From a bacterium (lineage in GTDB: Bacteria > UBA8248), in the NCBI GenBank assembly GCA_965213625.1, contig CBDBZU010000004.1:256001-320000 (forward strand): 64,000 bases of DNA. The letters are read 5' to 3'. The number at the start of each line of letters is the position of its first letter. Positions within the stretch are counted from its first letter, which is position 1. Positions 39,411 through 47,171 of the stretch are shown one piece after another. The notes under the pieces were generated by a model. It saw nothing but the letters and a program-made list of their open reading frames with translations, did not search any database and was not told the origin of the DNA. The position numbers and the translations under genes were made by a program.

Positions 39411-40751
39411 ATGTCTGATGATGACATTCACATCAGCACGAATGAGGACGAAACGCTCACCGGCGGCGACAACTCCGATACCTTCGTTTTCGGTAAAAAC
39501 CACGGAGACGACACCATCACCGACTTCACCAATGGTGAAGACCTCATCGATCTCACGCAGTTTCCTACCATATCGAGCTTCTCCGACCTGACCGTCACTT
39601 CCAATGACGACGGAGTAACCATCGATCTCTCCGCGCATGGAGGCGGAACCATCCTGCTCCAGGGAATCAATATCAATGATCTGGACGCGTCGGATTTCGT
39701 GTTCCCGACCGTGGGCACCACCGGCGACGACACGTTCTATGGCGGAAAAGGGGACAATGTCATCTACGGTGGCGAGGGAGACGACTGGTTCTTCGGCGGC
39801 AAGGGTGACGACACGATATATGGCGGCGAGGGCGACGATACGATCGTCGGCGATGCCGGCGACGACACGATCTACGGCGGAGAAGACGATGACTATATCG
39901 TCGCCAAAACCGGTGAAGACACGATCTACGGCGACGAGGGTGATGACACAATCTGGGGCGGCCGCGGCGACGACACGATATATGGCGGCGCGGACGATGA
40001 TACGCTCAGGGGCGACGAGGGCGACGACACGATAACCGGCGGTGCGGGCGACGACTCGATGGCGGGCGGAGAAGGAGACGACACCTTCGTATTCGGCCTG
40101 AACCACGGCCACGACACCATCACCGACTTCGACACCGATAACGATATAATCGACATCTCCGCCCTCGGAGACGCGATCACCTGGGAGTTGTTGAGCGCAA
40201 AGATTTCGGATATCACGGATGAGCAAGGCAACGTTACGGGTGTGACGGTCGACCTGTCCGATTGGGACGGCGGAACGATCACCATCAATCGCGTTGCTTC
40301 CACCGACCTCACTGCTAGTTTATTCAATCTTCAGGATGAAGACACAAGTGATGAAACATCCGATACTAGCGTGAACATCGACTTCCATGTGGGCACTGAT
40401 GAAGACGACACGCTGACAGGCGGCGAAAACAATGACGCCATTACCGGCGGCGCGGGCGACGACACGCTCTCGGGCGGGGCCGGCGACGATACCTTCGTGT
40501 ATGCGGCAGGCGATGGAAACGACACGATCACAGACTTCACCGATGGAGAAGATACCATCGACCTCTCCGCGATCTCCGGAATAACCGCATTTGCCGACCT
40601 CACGATCACGCAGGACGGTGACAACACGGTGATCAATCTCGGCGATGATGCGGGTAAGATTACGCTCGAAGGTTTTACTTCGACCAATCTGGACGCGGAG
40701 GACTTCAACTTCTACGAGTCGCCGACGGAATCTGTAGACGAAGGCATGTGA
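39411..40751 (+). CDS. RTX/hemolysin-type Ca2+-binding repeat protein (T1SS-substrate-like)
   Basis: About 14 tandem GGxGDDxIx nonapeptides plus three DTFV..G.DTITDF..GED.IDL modules; strong AGGAGG RBS; no signal peptide. Confidence 0.88.
   Translation: MSDDDIHISTNEDETLTGGDNSDTFVFGKNHGDDTITDFTNGEDLIDLTQFPTISSFSDLTVTSNDDGVTIDLSAHGGGTILLQGININDLDASDFVFPTVGTTGDDTFYGGKGDNVIYGGEGDDWFFGGKGDDTIYGGEGDDTIVGDAGDDTIYGGEDDDYIVAKTGEDTIYGDEGDDTIWGGRGDDTIYGGADDDTLRGDEGDDTITGGAGDDSMAGGEGDDTFVFGLNHGHDTITDFDTDNDIIDISALGDAITWELLSAKISDITDEQGNVTGVTVDLSDWDGGTITINRVASTDLTASLFNLQDEDTSDETSDTSVNIDFHVGTDEDDTLTGGENNDAITGGAGDDTLSGGAGDDTFVYAAGDGNDTITDFTDGEDTIDLSAISGITAFADLTITQDGDNTVINLGDDAGKITLEGFTSTNLDAEDFNFYESPTESVDEGM
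39714..40092 (+). repeat. Degenerate 27-bp coding tandem repeat (RTX nonapeptides)
   Basis: Recurring GGCGACGACACGAT.TA.GGCGGC units. Confidence 0.85.
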
Positions 40752-41219
40752 GGTGCCCTGAATCACTTCTGCGCCGGCGGACAGGAACAGTTGGAAGTCG
40801 TGGAATTAATTCATCGACGAGCTTCTCCAAGAGAAAAAATGAACGGACGCGCACTTCCCTGAGTGACTGCGAAGCCTAGAAGGATTTCCGTAAATCGTTA
40901 TTTCGTTCTCTTGGCGCCGTTGTTTCCGGGCTTGGAGAGGTGGACCCCTGAGTCCGAGGTCAGCGGGAGGCTATTTCGACTCATGCGAGCTCGACCCCGT
41001 GGCTTTTCACCAATTCGCCATGCGCTTGCTCCAATGTAATACCTGCAGGCGCGACGGTGGCCTGGGTGTCTCGTAACCATACTGATATGGGCATATTGGG
41101 TGGGCAATTGAATTTTCCCAGCTTTCCATGGCCCGCGACGCAGACACAAAACACTTGACGCTCTTTTAGGCGCAGTTTTGGCCGGCGGCGTCAGGTTCCA
41201 GACCACCGGGAGCAAGAAT

Positions 41220-42638
41220 ATGTCCGAAAACGAAATCTGCGATCTCACCATCCATGATCTCTCCAATAAAATCGCTCGCCGTGAATTATCCCCCGTTGAG
41301 GTGACCGAAGCGCACCTTTCGCGGGTCGACGCGCTCAACCCGGCCGTCAACGCGTTCACCACCGTTGCTCATGAACGCGCACGCGCCGAGGCGAAGACGG
41401 CCGAGGCGGAAATCGCGTCGGGCAGTATCCGCGGGCCGCTTCACGGGGTGCCCATTGGCGTTAAGGACATCATCGACACGGCGGGCGTGCGCACCACGCA
41501 GGGGTCGAGCTTTTTCCGGGACAACGTGCCGACGCAGGACGCCGAGTGCGTCCGGCGGCTCCGCGATGCCGGCGCCGTCATGATCGGCAAGTGCAACACG
41601 GCGGAGTTCGCCGCCGAGTCGGCGACCAAGAATCCTCACCACGGGGCTTGCCGCAACCCCTGGGACGTCACTCGCGTACCCGCGGGCTCGAGCGGCGGCT
41701 CGGGCGCAGCGGTCGCAGCAAGAATGGCGCCCGGCGCGCTCGGCACCGACACCGGAGGTTCCGTGCGGGGACCGGCGGCGATATGCGGCGTTGTCGGGCT
41801 GAAACCCACCTACGGGCGCATCAGCCTGCGAGGCGTCTATCCGAACGCGCCGAGCCTGGATCATGTTGGACCCCTGACGCGAACGGTGCGCGATTGCGCG
41901 CTTTTGCTCCAGACGCTCGCCGGTTATGACCACGCCGACCCGTTTTCCGCTGATCTGGAAGCGCCCGATTTTTCGGCCGATCTGGAAAAGGGCGTCCAGG
42001 GCATGCGCTTCATGATTTCGTCTGATTTGATAGACGTCGAAATCGATGCGTCGATATTGGAGGCATTCGAAGCGGCTCTCGAAGCGCTGCGCGGGCTGGG
42101 CGCTGAAGTCGAGGAAGTCCCCTGTCCCTTCGCGGCGGAGATAAACCCCCACCGCAGGGCCATCGCGGACGCGGAGTTCTACCGCGTGCACGGCGAGCGC
42201 TACCGCGCGGACCCGGAGGGCTACGGGGTTCGTCTGCAACAGCGAATCGCAAACGCCGAGAAAACCACGCTGGCGATGTATATCGATGCGATCAACCACC
42301 GTAAGGCGCTCAAGCGCTCGATGCTCGACCTCATGACTCCCTACGACGCCATGCTCTCGCCCGGCTATCCCTGCCTCGCAGCGCCCGTCGAGACGACCAC
42401 GGCGCTCGTGAACGGGAAGGAGATGGACTTCATCGGCCTGGGGCGAAACCTGACGGGGATGCAGAGTTTCTGGGGCTTCCCCGGCCTGATGGTTCCGACG
42501 GGTTTCGATTCCGTCCACGGACTCCCGATGGCGATGCAGATAACGACCCGACCCGGCGATGAGGCGCGCGGCTTCCGGATCGGCCACGCGTATGAGGAAG
42601 CGACGCCCGGATTGCGCGAGCGAAAACCCGAGTTGTAG
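41220..42638 (+). CDS. Amidase (GatA-like amidase signature family, stand-alone)
   Basis: GPLHGVPIGVKD, NPW, GSSGGS, GTDTGGSVRGPAAICG.VGLKPT; no gatB/gatC nearby. Confidence 0.9.
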   Translation: MSENEICDLTIHDLSNKIARRELSPVEVTEAHLSRVDALNPAVNAFTTVAHERARAEAKTAEAEIASGSIRGPLHGVPIGVKDIIDTAGVRTTQGSSFFRDNVPTQDAECVRRLRDAGAVMIGKCNTAEFAAESATKNPHHGACRNPWDVTRVPAGSSGGSGAAVAARMAPGALGTDTGGSVRGPAAICGVVGLKPTYGRISLRGVYPNAPSLDHVGPLTRTVRDCALLLQTLAGYDHADPFSADLEAPDFSADLEKGVQGMRFMISSDLIDVEIDASILEAFEAALEALRGLGAEVEEVPCPFAAEINPHRRAIADAEFYRVHGERYRADPEGYGVRLQQRIANAEKTTLAMYIDAINHRKALKRSMLDLMTPYDAMLSPGYPCLAAPVETTTALVNGKEMDFIGLGRNLTGMQSFWGFPGLMVPTGFDSVHGLPMAMQITTRPGDEARGFRIGHAYEEATPGLRERKPEL

Positions 42639-42948
42639 GGGTTGTTGAAAAAGCCCCCTGATAAGGGGGGTTGAGGGATTCGGAGGGAATAATGCTTCAC
42701 TCGTCCCGCTCACCCTCCCCAAGCTTAATAACCAACCCCCCCTACCCCCCCTTGTCGGGTCTGTTGAAAAACCCGGTGTTGGAAGCGGGCGTTTTGGCGG
42801 CTCACGCGCCAATTGGGCTGCCTCCCCGCCGCCGCGTGAGCCGCCAAAACGCCCGCTTCCAACACCGGGTTTTTCAACAGACCCCTCAAGGGGGGACCTT
42901 CCCGCTTGAGGCGATGTCCCCCGACAAGGAGTTTTTTCAACGGACCCC
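42638..42948. mobile_element. Composite REP/MITE-like element (outer)
   Basis: Termini GGGGTTGTTGAAAAAGCCCC and TTTTTTCAACGGACCCC enclosing CCCCCTGATAAGGGGGG and CCCCCCCTACCCCCCCTTGTC|AAGGGGGG hairpins. Confidence 0.65.
42757..42885. mobile_element. Inner MITE: perfect 52-bp inverted repeat with 24-bp spacer
   Basis: 42757-42808 is the exact reverse complement of 42833-42884; ends GGGTCTGTTGAAAAA / TTTTTCAACAGACCC; flanked by TC...TC. Confidence 0.8.
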
Positions 42949-43139
42949 TTTAGACCGGCGCGGCCTCGTTCGACCCGCCCCGATGAGGTTTGACCCGACC
43001 TCCCGAACCTGCTCTAATTAACGCAATCGAAAAATTTTGGGGAGCAGCAGCGCAACAGCGCCGGAAATACTCGCACTGAACGAGTCCTCATAAGACTTGT
43101 TCTTAGGGCTATTCGTTCCACCATCAGGGAGAGACAAAC

Positions 43140-44150
43140 ATGAAACTTAACCTCAAGTCGATTCTCGCGAGTTTGGTTGTTGTCGGGTTCGTGGCGTTCA
43201 CGTCCCAGGCGGCCGTGGCGCAAAAAGCCAACCTCATCTTCTACTCCTCGCTCACCACCGCTGCACAAGCGACACTGGTGAAGGGCATCGAAAAGAAATT
43301 CCCGGACATCAAGGTGCAGTCCATCACCGCAGGCGGCGTGAGCCTCTACCAGCGGTTCGTGGCCGAGCGTTCGGTCGGCAAGGGCAAGATCGATCTGCTG
43401 CACTTCAGCTACACGCCGGGCTGGTATGACCTCGCCAAGAGAGGTTACGTGAAGAACGTCACGCAATTCCCCGAAGCCAAAAAATTCCCGGCCTGGGGCA
43501 AGGACGAAAATGCCCAGTGGGTGGGGCTGCGCGCGCCGACGCTGCAGGTCATCTACAACACCGACAACGTGAAGCCCGGCGAGGCGCCGACGAGCTTTGC
43601 GGAACTGACGGGGCCGAAATGGAAGAACCGCCTCGTGCTGGTCGACCCGTTCCAGTCCGCCGGCCTGTGGGATTTCTTCTACGGCGCGGATGGTTTCGGA
43701 GAGAAATACATCAAGGGCCTGCTCTATAACGGCGCGCTGGTGCAATCGCGCATGGGCGCCTCCACAGAGCGTGTCGCCACGGGCGAGCGCGACGTGACGA
43801 TGGTGTTCGAATACATCGCGATACGCCGCATCAACAAGGGCGCCAAGATCAAGATCGCCAAGATGAAGGAAGGCACGCCGGTCATCCCGGCTTCGTTCGG
43901 CATGGTGAAGGACGGCCCGAACCCCAAGAACGCGGAGCGGGTGTACCGCTGGATCCTTTCCAAGGAAGGCCAGACGGTCATCACCCAGAACGTGAAGATC
44001 AACTCCGCGCGCTCGGACGTGCCGCACGTGAAGGGCATTCCCTACCCCTTCACGCCGCTGTATGCGAACTGGGAGAAGGTGTTCAAGGATCAGAAGAAAT
44101 ACCGCTCCTTCATGACCAAGCACATTCGTGAAGCGAAGAGAAAGAAATAA
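43140..44150 (+). CDS. ABC transporter substrate-binding protein (AfuA-like class)
   Basis: Signal peptide, L.FYSS, YNTDNV....APTSFAEL..PKWK, GPNP.NA.....WILS.EGQ. Confidence 0.88.
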   Translation: MKLNLKSILASLVVVGFVAFTSQAAVAQKANLIFYSSLTTAAQATLVKGIEKKFPDIKVQSITAGGVSLYQRFVAERSVGKGKIDLLHFSYTPGWYDLAKRGYVKNVTQFPEAKKFPAWGKDENAQWVGLRAPTLQVIYNTDNVKPGEAPTSFAELTGPKWKNRLVLVDPFQSAGLWDFFYGADGFGEKYIKGLLYNGALVQSRMGASTERVATGERDVTMVFEYIAIRRINKGAKIKIAKMKEGTPVIPASFGMVKDGPNPKNAERVYRWILSKEGQTVITQNVKINSARSDVPHVKGIPYPFTPLYANWEKVFKDQKKYRSFMTKHIREAKRKK

Positions 44151-44168
44151 CCGGCTTTTGTCCGGTCG

Positions 44169-45893
44169 GTGACTGAGATGCGTCCCCGTTCGTTTGCCAT
44201 GTTCAGGCTGCCAAGCACCGTTCGGGTACTCGAATGGGGATGTCTTCTCGTCATCGGCTTCGTCGTGCTGTACCCGCTGTTCTGGCTGGTGCTGGGCAGC
44301 TTCAGACCCGACCCGATAAGTTCGGAGTTCACCCTCGACGCCTACTACGCCATCTTCGAGGCGGAGTACATGGGCGAGGTTTTGTGGAACACAGCCGTCA
44401 TGTCGGTCGGGGTTACGAGTCTGTCCGTACTCATCGGCGTTCCGCTCGCCTGGATCGTCGGGCGCACCGACACGCCGCTCAAAAACTACATCAACATGAT
44501 AGCAATTCTGCCCTTCATCATGCCGCCCGTCGTGGTAGCGGTGGCCTGGGCCTATCTCGGCACGCCGCGAGTCGGCTTCGTGAACCTGTTCTGGAAGTGG
44601 CTGGTCGGCACGAAGGAGCCGCTGTTCGACATATTCACCATGGGCGGGCTCATCTTCGTGATGGCGCTCTCCTTAGCGCCCTACGTGTTCATCTTCACGG
44701 TCACGGCGTTCAAGAACATGGACCCGACGCTGGAGAACGCCGCCCACGTGAGCGGCGCCAACCAGTGGAAAACGACGCTCCGGATCACGCTGCCCATGGC
44801 GGCGCCGGCCATCCTCTCCGGCGCGCTGCTGACGTTCATCCAGTCGCTGGAGGTCTTCGCCATACCGGCGACCATCGGTGTCTCGGGCGGCATATACGTG
44901 TTCTCGACCCAGCTATGGCGCATGATGCTCGGCATCCCGCCGAACTTCTCGCACGCCGCCGCCATGTCGATCCCCATTCTGCTGATTTGTGGGCTGGCGC
45001 TTTGGGGCCAGACCAGGGCGCTGGGCCGAAGCGCCAGATACACCACCGTCGCGGGCAAGAGCTTCCGGCCGCGGCTCGTGGAACTGGGTCCGTGGAAATA
45101 CGTCGCGCTGGCCTTCGCCTCCTTCTACCTCCTTGTGTCGGCAATCCTGCCCGTGTTGACGCTGATTTACGGGACTTTCATCTCTAATCGCGGACGACCG
45201 CCGACTTTTGAATACCTCACCCTGGGTCACATCCATGAGATCATCACCGGCGACGGGGGGGCGGTCATCCTGCGCTCCATCCAGAACAGCCTTTTCCTGA
45301 GTTTCATGGGCGCGACTATCGGCATCGCGCTTTCCGCCGTGGTCGCCTATTTCGTGGTGCGCAGCACCTGGAAGGGCCGGGGAACGCTCGATTTTCTGGC
45401 GCTCATTCCGGTGGCCATTCCGGGCGCGGTCATCGCCATCGCCATGCTCTGGGCCTACATCCGCGAACCGTTCAACCTGTATCACACGCTGTGGATCATC
45501 CTGATCGCATACATCACGCGCTTCCTGCCCTTCGGCGTGCGATCGGTTTCGAATTCCATCACGCAGATCCATGAGGAGTTGGAGCGAGCCGCCGCCGTGA
45601 GCGGCGCGAACTGGGGCGTCGTCTTCTGGAAGATCCTCGTGCCCCTGGCCATGCCGGGCATCGTGGCCGGCTGGATTATTCTTTTCGTATCGATGATGCG
45701 TGAACTGTCGGCCTCCATCATGCTGTTCAGCTCGAACAAGGAGGTGATCAGCACGATCCTCATCCAGCTCTATGACGAGGGGCTCTTCTCGCACGTGTGC
45801 ATTCTTTCGCTCATCATTGTTATCTTGTCACTGGGTTCGGTGGCTCTGGTGCGCTGGCTCACGAAACAAAAAGACGTGGAGGGCCTCACCTGA
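44169..45893 (+). CDS. ABC transporter permease (FbpB-type, duplicated)
   Basis: MDPTLENAA.VSGA and ELERAAAVSGA, GKSFRP linker. Confidence 0.9.
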   Translation: MTEMRPRSFAMFRLPSTVRVLEWGCLLVIGFVVLYPLFWLVLGSFRPDPISSEFTLDAYYAIFEAEYMGEVLWNTAVMSVGVTSLSVLIGVPLAWIVGRTDTPLKNYINMIAILPFIMPPVVVAVAWAYLGTPRVGFVNLFWKWLVGTKEPLFDIFTMGGLIFVMALSLAPYVFIFTVTAFKNMDPTLENAAHVSGANQWKTTLRITLPMAAPAILSGALLTFIQSLEVFAIPATIGVSGGIYVFSTQLWRMMLGIPPNFSHAAAMSIPILLICGLALWGQTRALGRSARYTTVAGKSFRPRLVELGPWKYVALAFASFYLLVSAILPVLTLIYGTFISNRGRPPTFEYLTLGHIHEIITGDGGAVILRSIQNSLFLSFMGATIGIALSAVVAYFVVRSTWKGRGTLDFLALIPVAIPGAVIAIAMLWAYIREPFNLYHTLWIILIAYITRFLPFGVRSVSNSITQIHEELERAAAVSGANWGVVFWKILVPLAMPGIVAGWIILFVSMMRELSASIMLFSSNKEVISTILIQLYDEGLFSHVCILSLIIVILSLGSVALVRWLTKQKDVEGLT

Positions 45894-46987
45894 TGCAAAA
45901 CGTACGGGTCGAGAAACTGGTGAAGAGATTCGGCGACGTGGTAGCCGTCGACGGAATTTCCTTCGAGGTGCCCAAGGGAAAGCTGCTGACCCTGCTGGGG
46001 CCGAGTGGCTGTGGCAAGACGACCACCCTGAACATTATCGCCGGTTTCGAAACCCCCGACGACGGTGACGTCCACGTCGGCGAGCGGCTGATATCGAGCG
46101 CGACGGAAAACGTGCTGATTCCCGCGCACAAGCGAAACCTGGGCATGGTCTTTCAGTCCTACGGGCTGTGGCCGCATTTGAGGGTGCGCGACAACGTCGC
46201 CTTCGGCCTGCAGATGCGGAATACACCCAAAAACGAAATCGCAGGCGCCGTGGACCGGGCCCTGGGCCTGGTTCGGCTCGACGGCCTGGGGGAGCGCTAC
46301 CCCTCGCAGCTCTCGGGCGGCCAGCAGCAGCGCGTCGCTTTCGCCCGCGCGCTTGTGTACGAGCCCGACGTGCTGCTCCTCGACGAACCTCTCTCGAACC
46401 TCGATGCGGCGCTGCGCGAGGAGATGCGCCTGGAGCTCAAGGAACTGCAAACCGAATCCGGCATCACCACCATATTCGTCACACACGACCAGGTCGAAGC
46501 CATGGTGATGAGCGACATCATCGTGGTGATGAACCACGGGCGCATCGAACAGATGGGCTCGCCGAGCGACATCTACCAGCATCCCGCCAATCAGTTCGTC
46601 GCCGGTTTCGTCGGCATCTCGAACTTCCTGGAAGGCGACGTCGTCGCCACTGGGTTGGGCGATGAGCAGACGGCGGTCAAGGTTGGCGAGGTAACGCTGT
46701 ACTGCAAGGCCGCAGGCATCCCGGAAGGCTCGAAAGTGCTGCTTTCGATCCGGCCCGAGGATTGCGTCGCAAGCACCGAGGCACCTCCGGAAGGAACGCC
46801 GAACGTCATCGAGTGCAGCGTCGACAAGGCGGTGTACATGGGCGGCGTGCTGGAGCTCTGGCTGAACGCCTCCGGCCAGAAAATCCGCGTCCACGGACAC
46901 CGGCTGCCGCTGCTCGAATCAGGCGCGAACGTTTACGTTTCCATCGAACCCGGTTCCATCAACGCGGTTGAAAACAAGCCTTCGTGA
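45893..46987 (+). CDS. ABC transporter ATP-binding protein with TOBE domain
   Basis: GPSGCGKT, LSGGQQQR, DEPLSNLD. ATG 45893 overlaps the permease stop (TGATG). Confidence 0.95.
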   Translation: MQNVRVEKLVKRFGDVVAVDGISFEVPKGKLLTLLGPSGCGKTTTLNIIAGFETPDDGDVHVGERLISSATENVLIPAHKRNLGMVFQSYGLWPHLRVRDNVAFGLQMRNTPKNEIAGAVDRALGLVRLDGLGERYPSQLSGGQQQRVAFARALVYEPDVLLLDEPLSNLDAALREEMRLELKELQTESGITTIFVTHDQVEAMVMSDIIVVMNHGRIEQMGSPSDIYQHPANQFVAGFVGISNFLEGDVVATGLGDEQTAVKVGEVTLYCKAAGIPEGSKVLLSIRPEDCVASTEAPPEGTPNVIECSVDKAVYMGGVLELWLNASGQKIRVHGHRLPLLESGANVYVSIEPGSINAVENKPS

Positions 46988-47171
46988 CGAAGAAGCAGGG
47001 CGCAACTCAGCGGATTACCGGGAGCGGGAAAGTGAAAATACCGGCCCCCCGAAACCTTTGACCTGAACGAACCACCTTTTCCAATCATCACCCTCATCCT
47101 CGCGGAGCCACCGGCGCGGTATCGCGACGTTGCGCTATACTTGTCTGCGAAATTCTTGCAAAATATAATCC

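Noticed and set aside
39714-40092. Regularly spaced repeats as a CRISPR array (also 47436-47606)
   Set aside because: In-frame coding repeats with synonymous variation, no unique spacers and no cas genes.
38751-40226. Long antisense/alternative-frame ORFs (e.g. 38751..40226-, 35613..37106-, 41286..42812-, 17217..18449-, 14104..15192+)
   Set aside because: Shadows of well-supported genes in high-GC DNA, with no family motifs.
40752-41219. Possible riboswitch or sRNA in the long intergenic region before the amidase
   Set aside because: No recognisable conserved aptamer core by eye; an Rfam scan would be needed.
41220-42638. gatA assignment
   Set aside because: No gatC or gatB neighbours and it lacks GatA-specific segments; treated as a generic amidase.
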